A stretch of DNA of 64,000 bases from a virus. The DNA lies in the IMG/VR virus record IMGVR_UViG_3300032011_002687, positions 3,419 to 67,418 of that record; one strand, given 5' to 3'. Under the pieces are notes generated by a model. It worked only from the letters and a program-made list of their open reading frames with translations, ran no database searches and was not told the origin of the DNA. This document shows, one piece after another, positions 27,960 to 37,573 of the stretch (within the stretch, counting starts at the first letter, position 1; each line of letters starts with the position of its first letter). A program made the position numbers and the translations under genes.

Positions 27960-29185
27960 ATCGGTTCACAAAATGTTTTATCTTTTGTTTGTTCCGCCAG
28001 TTCCCTCGTCTCATCTTTGAATCTATCTTCTGCTGCAGTTCCTGCACCACCACTATTAGGTCGTTTAGCCATTTCCATTCCAATACAACCTTGATACTCT
28101 GAATCAGTAAATGTTGATACAAAATCATTCATAGGATTACAAATCTCCAACCAATACTTACCATTAGTACCCATCTTCTTTTGTTTTGCTCCACTACTTG
28201 CATAAACATCACTTATATTCACTAATAAATATCCACCACTTTTTATAGAACACCATAATTTTTTAATAGTTGCCTGTAAAAATTTATCATTCCATTCATC
28301 AATAGTTTTATATCTAACCCAACTTTGAGTATCATCATAACTATACCTCTCTACACCAAAATATGGTGGTGATGTAAAGACGGTGTCAAATATATCTTTG
28401 TACTCTTCAAACTCCACATCTTCTGCTGGTGATTCTAAAAACTCTGAATCTTTATCAACCTCGAAAAACATATTTCTGTGTTTTTCATAGAACTCTTTTT
28501 GTTCTCTGTAGATAGGATGGTTTTCTTTTCGTGGGTCTATCCCAAGATAATACTTACCACTCTCACTACCATAGAATCCTGCTAATCTATCTCCCCAGCC
28601 TGCAGAGAAATCTAATATGTTCTCACTACCCAATTTATCATACAATACTTTTGCAACATTAGGTTTAAATTGAGAACAAATATACTTCCTCAAACTCAAC
28701 ATAATCCTAAGATTACCCGCAGTAATTTTTGGTAACTTCAAAGTATATGCAGCACCCATAAGTGATGTCATATATTTTTCTGTTTCCCAAGTTCTCTTTG
28801 GGCCTGGTGCAATTGTTCCATCCACACTCCAACGATTGACTTGTTGGAAGAAATTACTGGCAGCATTACCTGTGTTGATTCTTCTAAAGTATTGTTGTTT
28901 ACCCTCAAATTCTAAACCATATCTGTATGCAGTTCCCTCTCGAGCAAACCACTCTCCCTCTACCAATATTTCATTATGTCTCATACCCTTTAACTTCATT
29001 AAAGCTTTATAAGCATCATCCTCTGAAATAGTGGCATAGGGAATCTCATAAGTCATTGCTACTTTTGCAAGACTCTCTTTGACATCATCCTTTTCGAATG
29101 TTTCTTTGATATACTCCCACTCTTTCTCATCTATTTCAAGATAAGGAGTCATACCTTTAAATTTATCAAAGTATTCTAAATACAT
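27938..29185 (-). CDS. DNA amino-methyltransferase (N6-A/N4-C)
   Basis: ILDFSAGWGDRL (motif I) and FTSPPY (motif IV). Confidence 0.85.
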   Translation of the reverse strand: MYLEYFDKFKGMTPYLEIDEKEWEYIKETFEKDDVKESLAKVAMTYEIPYATISEDDAYKALMKLKGMRHNEILVEGEWFAREGTAYRYGLEFEGKQQYFRRINTGNAASNFFQQVNRWSVDGTIAPGPKRTWETEKYMTSLMGAAYTLKLPKITAGNLRIMLSLRKYICSQFKPNVAKVLYDKLGSENILDFSAGWGDRLAGFYGSESGKYYLGIDPRKENHPIYREQKEFYEKHRNMFFEVDKDSEFLESPAEDVEFEEYKDIFDTVFTSPPYFGVERYSYDDTQSWVRYKTIDEWNDKFLQATIKKLWCSIKSGGYLLVNISDVYASSGAKQKKMGTNGKYWLEICNPMNDFVSTFTDSEYQGCIGMEMAKRPNSGGAGTAAEDRFKDETRELAEQTKDKTFCEPIWIWKKL

Positions 29186-29917
29186 TTATGTAACTTGTTG
29201 AGTTGCCACCAAGAAGTAATCTGATTTATAATCATCAATATTAAAACTGATTGTAGCTAATCCATCTGAACTAACCTTTAATACAGCTTTCTCACATTCT
29301 TTATTTGCTTGTAATATATTAGCAAACATATTTGCATTAAATGAGATTGGTTCAGTATCACTAAACTCTTCACACTCAACTGGTATTGTTACTCTATTGG
29401 TTGCAACATTACTGAAACCAATAACTACTTTTGCTTTATCATCTTTTGCAATAATAGTAAATGTATCGGTATCTGGTAACGCACCTTTACCACTAATAAA
29501 TGTATCAATGAAATACCTATCAATCTTTAATTCTAATTCGAATGTTGATGGTAAATTTTTAAGTTCTGGTGGTGTTGGTATAACTGATAAATCACTTAAC
29601 ATATACTTTGTGTTAGTACCATGCTGTGAATCTTTCATATCAACACTTACAAACTTATCACCCATCTTCTGTAAACCAAAATCTACATCTTCACCTAAGA
29701 TAGATAATAAAGATACTAATTGTGGTGTATTATACACCCCAACTTCTGATGCCTCTACATCATTAAAGTTGTCTACTACTACTGAACCAACCAAAGATTT
29801 ATCTCCACTAATGAATCGTGTAGATAACTTTTGTCCGTTGGATGTCCATTTTACTGATTTAATTTCGCCACCAAGTGAATACTTGTTAATAAAGCGAAGT
29901 AAATTACTTTTATTCAT
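29186..29917 (-). CDS. DNA sliding clamp (T4 gp45-like)
   Basis: 243 aa, beta-rich, GVY..PQL, C-terminal YFLVA; lies between PolB and clamp loader. Confidence 0.7.
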   Translation of the reverse strand: MNKSNLLRFINKYSLGGEIKSVKWTSNGQKLSTRFISGDKSLVGSVVVDNFNDVEASEVGVYNTPQLVSLLSILGEDVDFGLQKMGDKFVSVDMKDSQHGTNTKYMLSDLSVIPTPPELKNLPSTFELELKIDRYFIDTFISGKGALPDTDTFTIIAKDDKAKVVIGFSNVATNRVTIPVECEEFSDTEPISFNANMFANILQANKECEKAVLKVSSDGLATISFNIDDYKSDYFLVATQQVT

Positions 29918-29995
29918 AACCTTTTGTCTCCAATTTGTTAATAGTTATTATTTAATAATCCGTATATATATACATATATACAAGAAATCTCAAAA

Positions 29996-32500
29996 TCAAA
30001 AAAATCTTTCAATACTTTGTTTTTTATCTACCACTGCTTCCCAACTTAATGCTTGATAGAACATTCCTATTTTTTTACTCATTGCTTGTTCAAACATTCT
30101 ATTGTGGTCGATATTATTTTTAATAAATTCTAATATTTGTGGTGGGTCCTCATATCCTTTATAACCAATTGCATCAAAACCAAACTCGTTATTCTTTAAA
30201 TACACCCACTTAATTTTATTCCCATTGGTAATCTTCTCATATTTTCTACCCTCAAACCAATGTAGTAAAATAGAATTATAATTGATTGCGGCCTTTACAT
30301 GCACTGGTGCACCTTTCTTATATTTACTGAATGATGTTTCTTCATCCTCTTCAATATACTTTCCTATACCCTTTACTCCAATAGGATTTGCCATTACCTC
30401 ATAAGATAGGTTATGCATATTTCTTTTGAATACTGATATTCTTTCATCAATCTTTTCTTTTGGAACATCTGCAAGAATATCATCTAATACATTTTGTAAT
30501 AAATCTTTCATAGCAGGAGCAAAATTACTTCTGACTGTATCCAAACCCTTTACTTGTGTTTTGTTTACTTTTCTACCCGCATCATTAATGATTCGTAATC
30601 CGTATCGTTTCTTTGTAACAAATAATCCAGTCTTTGCAACAACTTCTTGTTTAATATCAAATACATGCTTATCGATATTCAAAAACTTCTTGGCAAAATA
30701 ATCATAACTTGTGTTCAGATAATCTTGTACCTCTCCACATATCTCCATAATCCTCTGTGTCATCATTGTTTCAGATAATTTCTCATTGGGAAATCTTTTC
30801 TCTACCAAAGGAACTGCAGATGCAAAAATAGAATCTGTATCAATGTAGATAACATAATCTTCATTTGTTCCTAATTCTTTATTGTAGAAATGATTAGTAA
30901 TCTTTTTACTAAACTTAATTAATGATTGACCTGTTGTTGTGGTTGCTTCTGCATTATCCAAATCATAGAATCTAAATACTGGTAACCCCAATACACCATA
31001 TAATGAGTTTAAAAGAATCTTCTGTAGGTATTGTCTCCTATCAAAATATTGAGATTTCTTTTTATCACCTTGTTCGTGAAACTTCTTCACGAGTTTTCTC
31101 ATCTCAACTCGTTCATTAAACCACTTTGTAAGTAGAGCAGGAATCAAACCTTGTTTATCTGTACGATACATAACACCATTACTCGATATACTCAATCCAG
31201 TCTCATCCAAATAACTCTTTAATTCTGTATTGGTTATCTTTTGTATTTCCTTACCCTTTGTATTAATCATAGAATAAGTTTTATTGTGTCCTACCTTTAG
31301 ATATTGTTCTGCATTCCAATCCTTTACTTGACCAACCTTAGTTTCAGGAGATATGTTCAATGAACGAATCACACTTGGATACATACTCGTGATATCCAAA
31401 TCATAAACCCAATCGTGTTTACCTTTTTGTGGGTCTTGCACATATGCACCAGAGAACTTTTCATCATCCCCTCTTCGTTTAGGATTTCTTGGTTTGTTTG
31501 GTGCAACAATACCCATCTTCTTTAAATAAACTAATATCGCACCCTCAAGATATCTTGAACTCATAAACACATCTTCATAAGGAACATGTCCTAAGTGTGC
31601 TATACCACACGCAACTCCAATGTAATCTAACTTATCATTTAATTCTACGAGAATACGAACATCTCGAATATTATAATCTATAAACTTCTGTAAATCTTTT
31701 TCAAATAAATCATTGAGTGTTCCCTCATACTCAATCTTCTTCATACCAACTTCAACTTCACCAATATAATCTAAACGATAACTTGATTGTTGAATTGGTG
31801 AAAACTTTTTATATAATGCAAGATAATCTAACACACTAACACCTGCAATAACAAACTTCTTTTTATATTCATTGTAGTAACAATGTCTAATAGGTGATAA
31901 CATCTTTGCAACTTCTGAACCCAAAACTCTGACTGTTCTATTATATAGATAAGGGATATCAAAGAAATCTATATTCCAACCACTTAATATCGTTGGTTGT
32001 ATTTCTGAATATTTTTGGTAAAATCTTGTTAATAATTCGTGTTCAGTTTTGAATAACTCTACAAGTGTATCACCATCTTCATAATTTTGTATAGTATTTT
32101 TAGAATCTAAGGTATAACATATATACTTCTTTAGTATCTCATCATATAATGCAATAGATGTAATTGCAGTTTCTGCCTTCTCTACATCTGGAAAACCATC
32201 AACCACTTCCACCTCGATATCAAAATAGAAAGTTCTATTTCCCTCTGCAACATCATCTGAATCCGTGTATTGGTCAACTAAAAATCTTGTAGTGATTGGT
32301 ACATCACTTTCATATAAACTTGGGTCATCATCATCCCATTGGTAAACTTTTTTAACTTTAGTACCATCAAGTGTGTGGTGTAACCCACTTGCATTTTTTA
32401 CATATGCGTATTTTTTATAAGGTACAATAAGATGACCTCTTCTGTCATCCCAAACATGCACTTTGTTTTTTCTCTTATCATAAAAAACATTTTGATACAT
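29996..32500 (-). CDS. Family B DNA polymerase (T4 gp43-like)
   Basis: FDIE exo I, DLDITSMYPS, KILLNSLYG, YIDTDS, KKRY; C-terminal clamp-binding QSIERFF. Confidence 0.97.
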   Translation of the reverse strand: MYQNVFYDKRKNKVHVWDDRRGHLIVPYKKYAYVKNASGLHHTLDGTKVKKVYQWDDDDPSLYESDVPITTRFLVDQYTDSDDVAEGNRTFYFDIEVEVVDGFPDVEKAETAITSIALYDEILKKYICYTLDSKNTIQNYEDGDTLVELFKTEHELLTRFYQKYSEIQPTILSGWNIDFFDIPYLYNRTVRVLGSEVAKMLSPIRHCYYNEYKKKFVIAGVSVLDYLALYKKFSPIQQSSYRLDYIGEVEVGMKKIEYEGTLNDLFEKDLQKFIDYNIRDVRILVELNDKLDYIGVACGIAHLGHVPYEDVFMSSRYLEGAILVYLKKMGIVAPNKPRNPKRRGDDEKFSGAYVQDPQKGKHDWVYDLDITSMYPSVIRSLNISPETKVGQVKDWNAEQYLKVGHNKTYSMINTKGKEIQKITNTELKSYLDETGLSISSNGVMYRTDKQGLIPALLTKWFNERVEMRKLVKKFHEQGDKKKSQYFDRRQYLQKILLNSLYGVLGLPVFRFYDLDNAEATTTTGQSLIKFSKKITNHFYNKELGTNEDYVIYIDTDSIFASAVPLVEKRFPNEKLSETMMTQRIMEICGEVQDYLNTSYDYFAKKFLNIDKHVFDIKQEVVAKTGLFVTKKRYGLRIINDAGRKVNKTQVKGLDTVRSNFAPAMKDLLQNVLDDILADVPKEKIDERISVFKRNMHNLSYEVMANPIGVKGIGKYIEEDEETSFSKYKKGAPVHVKAAINYNSILLHWFEGRKYEKITNGNKIKWVYLKNNEFGFDAIGYKGYEDPPQILEFIKNNIDHNRMFEQAMSKKIGMFYQALSWEAVVDKKQSIERFF

Positions 32501-32532
32501 TTATGTTGTAATCTCCGAATTTATCATATCTG

Positions 32533-32562
32533 AATATAACACTAAAACCATATACTTGTCAA
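32533..32562 (-). promoter_or_regulatory. Sigma70-type promoter of DNA polymerase
   Basis: Minus strand AAAAAAGTAC-TTGACA-N18-TATATT. Confidence 0.78.
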
Positions 32563-32576
32563 GTACTTTTTTGATA

Positions 32577-32605
32577 AATGGGGGATATTTTTCAATCCCC
32601 CAAAT
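32577..32605 (-). terminator. Hairpin after the TonB-dependent receptor, probable terminator
   Basis: GGGGGAT/ATCCCCC stem followed by a short U-rich tract. Confidence 0.6.
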
Positions 32606-32612
32606 CACCATT

Positions 32613-35351
32613 TTAAAAATCAATAGTTAATCCTATGTTTGCATATCTTGGTGTTCCAAGAAATACTTCAGAATTATGAGCTAAGTGAAGTTTATCACCA
32701 TACCCATTGTATTTACTATTGTCAACGGCATCTTGTACGAAAACTTCATCAAGTGCGTTAAAGATGTGACCTGTAATAGTCAAATCTAAACCACCAATAC
32801 TTGGAAGTTTGTAAGATGCGTGTAAATCAAGTTTTGAGTAACCAGGAGCTTCCCAAACTTGTGTTCTATCTGCAACTCCATCAGAATCCACTTCTCTTGA
32901 ATCAGGACTCCAATCTGCATAGTTCTTATCATATACATTGTAAAGTGCTTGTAATCTCAATCCCTTAATAGGTTTAAGTGTTACACCCAATATATAAGAT
33001 GATTGTGGTTGGTCACCAACAAATAAACCATCAAGTGCATATGCATATTCAGTAGTTTGATAACCAATTACTTGGTTGTCATCGTTATATTGAGATTCTT
33101 GGTAAGTACCATTGGCATCACCATCGAATTTCCAACCACCGAATGAAGCAATTAAATCAAGTTCTACCATATCGTGTGGTAATACTTTTACTTCAAGTTC
33201 TGTACCTTGATGTTTCTGATTAACACCTCTTAAAAAGATTACATCAGTATCACCTGAATCACCTTGACCCGTGTCAACATTACGAGTAAGGTTTCTATCT
33301 TTCCAATCTGTGTTATATACGGAAACATTAACTGCAACTTTATCATTTGCATATCCCAGTCCAACTTCTGTTGATAAGAATTTCTCATTATCTGGGTCGG
33401 ATGAGACCGTACCAGAATAATCAATTACATTATCAAGAATTGGTGCTTTTTCTACATATCCTGAGTTGATGAATGAAGTAACACCTGGAATAATTTCATA
33501 GTGTACTCCACCTTTAACTTGAAATGATGAAATAGCATCGGCAGTAATTTTCTCGTTTTCTACTGAAAAATGGTCTTGATATGAGTATTGAATAGATGAT
33601 ACCCCACCCATTCCATATACATTTAGATTATCTTTCGTGTAGTTACCTTGAACAAATCCACCTAACCAATCGACAGTAGTAGTGTTGTGATAAGCAATAA
33701 TATCACCTAAACCAACAACTTTCCCATCTGGTGCATTTTTATCTGCAAAATCAACATAGTAATCACCACCTAATAAATCACGAACTTCACGAGCGTGTTC
33801 TATTTCAGCAGTTCTCCAGTCAATACCTGTCTGAAACTCTAAATTATCATTTACTTTGTAATTTAATTTAGAGATTAATCCGTATGTGTCCTGTCTGTTG
33901 ATTGAGTTTCTAAGAATACCTGTGGAACGCTTGTCTGTTTCAGAGTAATCAGCATCGATATTAGTACGATTCTGTTCAATCTCTCCATTCCAATCCCACA
34001 TCCAAGGCGAACTTGAATACCAAGCATTATCTGCTACAGCAGGTGTTCTCATTACACTACCATAAGTACCAGTTCCACCACCTGAACCACCACTCCAATA
34101 AAGAACTGATGATAATTTAGTTTTATCATTTATCTCTAAAAAGTGATTTAGATTCACTAATGGTTTATGGAAGAAATTCTCCCTTTCATTAAGAAAGTTT
34201 GAATTGTATCTTTTGGTTGTGTTTGCTCCATACATATACCAATATTGTTCTCCAGTGTAGTCGGAACTAACTGGTGCCCAATTTTGACTAAAGAATCTAC
34301 CAGCTTCAGTTTCGAATTTGTTACCCTCTGCAAAAGCATCAGTATCATATCCGTCAATATCACCAGCTAACTCTTGTGAGTAAGTAGCAATATTCTGTTT
34401 GTATAGATTTTGTCCGTGTCTTTGTGGAGCACCGATTGCATACAACTCAAATCGTTGTTTATCGGATACTGCGTAAGAACTTCCAAAATAATAAGCCCAA
34501 GCATCTGTCCAGTTTCCATCAATGATACCATCACCAGTCTTACGAACAATTGTTCCAGCCAGTGCAAGTTTATCACCAATTAAACCTGTATTATAGTTAA
34601 TAGTAGTTTTAAGAAAACCACCATCTCCTGTTTCTTGTTTGAACTTACCACCCTTTTCATATTTAGCAGGGTCTGTAATGATATTCATAGTTCCACCAAT
34701 AGAAGGTGTTGCTAAATTAACAGCAGATAGTCCTCTTTGTAACTGAATAGATTGAGCAGCATCTGCAACTCCATCCCAATTACTCCAATAAACCCATCCG
34801 TTCTCCATATCATTTTGGGGAACACCATTAATCATTACCGCAACATTTCGTTGGTTAAATCCACGAACATTGATTCTTGCATCACCAGCACCACCACCTT
34901 GTTGAGTTGCATATACACTTGGTGTAGTATTCAAAGCCATTGGAACATCTTGAGAACCTAATCTCAATTCCATTTCTTCTTTACTAACCATTGAATAAGC
35001 AACAGGTGTTGTTGCAACAGCTCTTGAAGCCAAAACTTCAACATCTGTTAGAGTAAGAGCATCAACTGCCAAAGCAATATCTACTTTTACTTCACTATCA
35101 CTCACAACAACCTCTTTAGATTGAGATGAGTATCCTATGAATGAAGCAGTAATAGTATAAGTTCCAGCTTCTACTGAAATTGTAGTAAGACCTGTCTCGT
35201 TAGTAACACCACCGAGTTCAGTTCCCTCTACCACTACATTTGCTCCAACCAAAGGGTTATATTCTGCATCTTTAACATCAACAACGATGGATTGAGCGAA
35301 CAATCCTGTCATCAATACGAAAGATGCTATTAGTTTACGATATATATTCAT
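32613..35351 (-). CDS. TonB-dependent outer-membrane receptor
   Basis: Signal peptide, carboxypeptidase-regulatory-like domain (GANVVVEGT...SFIGY), plug (RINVRGF...VMINGVP...GGTMNIIT), beta-barrel, C-terminal F. Confidence 0.95.
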   Translation of the reverse strand: MNIYRKLIASFVLMTGLFAQSIVVDVKDAEYNPLVGANVVVEGTELGGVTNETGLTTISVEAGTYTITASFIGYSSQSKEVVVSDSEVKVDIALAVDALTLTDVEVLASRAVATTPVAYSMVSKEEMELRLGSQDVPMALNTTPSVYATQQGGGAGDARINVRGFNQRNVAVMINGVPQNDMENGWVYWSNWDGVADAAQSIQLQRGLSAVNLATPSIGGTMNIITDPAKYEKGGKFKQETGDGGFLKTTINYNTGLIGDKLALAGTIVRKTGDGIIDGNWTDAWAYYFGSSYAVSDKQRFELYAIGAPQRHGQNLYKQNIATYSQELAGDIDGYDTDAFAEGNKFETEAGRFFSQNWAPVSSDYTGEQYWYMYGANTTKRYNSNFLNERENFFHKPLVNLNHFLEINDKTKLSSVLYWSGGSGGGTGTYGSVMRTPAVADNAWYSSSPWMWDWNGEIEQNRTNIDADYSETDKRSTGILRNSINRQDTYGLISKLNYKVNDNLEFQTGIDWRTAEIEHAREVRDLLGGDYYVDFADKNAPDGKVVGLGDIIAYHNTTTVDWLGGFVQGNYTKDNLNVYGMGGVSSIQYSYQDHFSVENEKITADAISSFQVKGGVHYEIIPGVTSFINSGYVEKAPILDNVIDYSGTVSSDPDNEKFLSTEVGLGYANDKVAVNVSVYNTDWKDRNLTRNVDTGQGDSGDTDVIFLRGVNQKHQGTELEVKVLPHDMVELDLIASFGGWKFDGDANGTYQESQYNDDNQVIGYQTTEYAYALDGLFVGDQPQSSYILGVTLKPIKGLRLQALYNVYDKNYADWSPDSREVDSDGVADRTQVWEAPGYSKLDLHASYKLPSIGGLDLTITGHIFNALDEVFVQDAVDNSKYNGYGDKLHLAHNSEVFLGTPRYANIGLTIDF

Positions 35352-35379
35352 AAATCGTCTCCTCTGTTTGTTTTGTTAA

Positions 35380-35434
35380 GACACATTTTTTACCAGGTGT
35401 GTCAACTGCCTGTGTATGTGAAGTTTTCCACATA
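35380..35434 (-). promoter_or_regulatory. Candidate H-type pseudoknot plus hairpin in the receptor leader
   Basis: Minus strand CAGG/CCUG crossed by GACACA/UGUGUC with an A-rich loop; UAUGUG/CACAUA hairpin upstream. Confidence 0.4.
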
Positions 35435-35435
35435 T

Positions 35436-37457
35436 TTAGTTTGCGTAATCTTGGTCATCATTATCACCAGTTGTCGGTGTGATTTCTACATCACAAAAAT
35501 CACCATCACAAAATTTTTCTATATTTGCTTCTTCCGCCTTGATTACACCAAAGTTTAATTTACCAAGTTTCTTAACATCTTTATTATATTGTTTTTCATC
35601 AATTGCTTCATACGGCATTTGTTTGTATGCTCCATAATCGTGTCTTGGTAGTAAACTAATTCCCTTTAAATGATATTGAAAATAGTTTAATACTTGTGGT
35701 ATCATTTCACCCTCTGTATCAGGATTAAATGTGACAGTACAACTTACTTGATTATCAGCCCAATGTCTTTGCATAAATGCTGCTAAACTGAATTGTTCCC
35801 AAATGGATAATTCTCCGACTGTTCTAATTCCCTCTCCTACATCGACAGGAACTTCAACAACCATAGTGGTATCCTCTGAACCAAATGCAGGTTCTACTTT
35901 ATATCCTGCCTTTTTCAATGGTTCTAACAAATCTGAATGTTTCGATACTCTAATTCTTCTTGTATAGAATCTTGATTCAGGATAATGTAATCCAGGTGTT
36001 GAACCTGCTAATAGTGATACTGTCCCACTTGGTTTAACACTTGTAGTTTTAATTGATTTTGGTACTGCAAACCAATCTGAATACATATTATCCCATTCTT
36101 GTATAGTATCGTATCCCTCTTCTAACCAATTCTTTAATTCGTGTAAACCACGATTAGTAATGAACTGAGCAATTCCACTCACACTACATCCAATTCTACG
36201 ATTTCTCAACATCACACGATTAGTATCACTCCAATGAGTTCTACCTAATGTTACTGTCTTTGCATACAAATAAGCATATTTTAATGTTCTCTGATAATCC
36301 TCTAATGAATCGTGGTTACTTGGAAATGTTTCCACTAAACAACATAACTCATATGATTCTAATGATTGTTCCAAACAAGGATTACCACCCATTACTCTAT
36401 GGTCTTTATCATCTCCACCATTTTTCATACGAGAATAATGTCTCATATTTTCTAACCACGCAAATCCAGGTTCACCATTATCATTAATTCTTTTTGATGC
36501 CTCTGTATAATCCATACCAAGTTCAGCAAATATTGAATTATTAGATGTCCAACCATATTGTTCTCTATGTGGATTTACTTTATAGTTCTTTAAATCTAAA
36601 TACTCTTCATTGTGTGGGTCACCAAATACAATCTCTGCAGTTCTTCTCACATTACCCGCAACAACACACTTACCGATTAGATTCATAATATCTACGATGG
36701 TTGTTATTGTTATTGGTTTTCCACTATTTTTTTCTAATGTTTCTCTAACAGTCTCGTGTACTTCCATTAGTGGTTCAGGACCTGAACTTACTCCTCCAAA
36801 ACCTTTGATTGGAACACCTGCTAATCTGATTAAACTATAATCAAATACAACTTCCCCTTGTCCGTGAAAGTAACTTTCTAATAAAAGTTGTAGTGATTCT
36901 ACCCAACCCTCACGAGTATCTGGTATTTGGAAATTCTGCTCATCTCTTTTGATATCAATACCTTTAATATCTATCTCACCAGCACCCTTTGTATCGAAAC
37001 CAACACCAACTCCTAACATACTTGCATCCATCAAGAAACAAAATGGTTTGGAATAATCTTCTTTGATTGTTTTTGTTGATACGAATGCACAATTATTTAG
37101 TGCTGCATATAAACCTTTTTCTTCTGTGATTGCCGTTCCCATAGCCCATAAACCACGACCTGGTGGAAGAAACTTCATTGTAAAGATTCTTTCATACATA
37201 TCTTGTGCGGATTTTTGTGCTTGCCAAGGATTCCAACCTAATTGATGAGATTCAATCCAATTCATTTGCATTGTATAAGTTCCCTCTACAACTCTTTGGA
37301 CAGTTTCCCACCATCTTTCATTTTTTCCATCTTCTTTAATTCTTGAATAAGTTCTCATATAAACTAATTCACCTAACCCATTAAAACCGAAAGGCGGTTT
37401 CTTTCTTTTGTACTTATCTATAAAGTTATCTGATAACTTGAACTTATGTTTTCCCAT
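35436..37457 (-). CDS. nrdJ: Class II (adenosylcobalamin-dependent) ribonucleotide reductase, monomeric RTPR type
   Basis: RTYSR, FLPPGRGLW, LNNC, GNVRRTA, NPCLEQ, TSVKPSGTVS, C-terminal CDGDFC. Confidence 0.95.
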   Translation of the reverse strand: MGKHKFKLSDNFIDKYKRKKPPFGFNGLGELVYMRTYSRIKEDGKNERWWETVQRVVEGTYTMQMNWIESHQLGWNPWQAQKSAQDMYERIFTMKFLPPGRGLWAMGTAITEEKGLYAALNNCAFVSTKTIKEDYSKPFCFLMDASMLGVGVGFDTKGAGEIDIKGIDIKRDEQNFQIPDTREGWVESLQLLLESYFHGQGEVVFDYSLIRLAGVPIKGFGGVSSGPEPLMEVHETVRETLEKNSGKPITITTIVDIMNLIGKCVVAGNVRRTAEIVFGDPHNEEYLDLKNYKVNPHREQYGWTSNNSIFAELGMDYTEASKRINDNGEPGFAWLENMRHYSRMKNGGDDKDHRVMGGNPCLEQSLESYELCCLVETFPSNHDSLEDYQRTLKYAYLYAKTVTLGRTHWSDTNRVMLRNRRIGCSVSGIAQFITNRGLHELKNWLEEGYDTIQEWDNMYSDWFAVPKSIKTTSVKPSGTVSLLAGSTPGLHYPESRFYTRRIRVSKHSDLLEPLKKAGYKVEPAFGSEDTTMVVEVPVDVGEGIRTVGELSIWEQFSLAAFMQRHWADNQVSCTVTFNPDTEGEMIPQVLNYFQYHLKGISLLPRHDYGAYKQMPYEAIDEKQYNKDVKKLGKLNFGVIKAEEANIEKFCDGDFCDVEITPTTGDNDDQDYAN

Positions 37458-37573
37458 TTTGAAACTCTCCATTTTTAAATTTAATTATACCTATTATATG
37501 TATGATATATACTTGATTATATTAGCAATATATACATTTTTTTCGAAGTTTAAAAAAGATTTTCTTTGAAGTT

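Noticed and set aside
29397-30056. 219 aa plus-strand ORF (and similar ones at 55710-56315, 17372-17785, 39436-39807 and others)
   Set aside because: Antisense shadows of well-supported minus-strand genes; no RBS or recognisable motifs
35352-35435. Cobalamin riboswitch ahead of the TonB-dependent receptor
   Set aside because: Only ~85 nt and lacks the B12-box/GGGAA core elements
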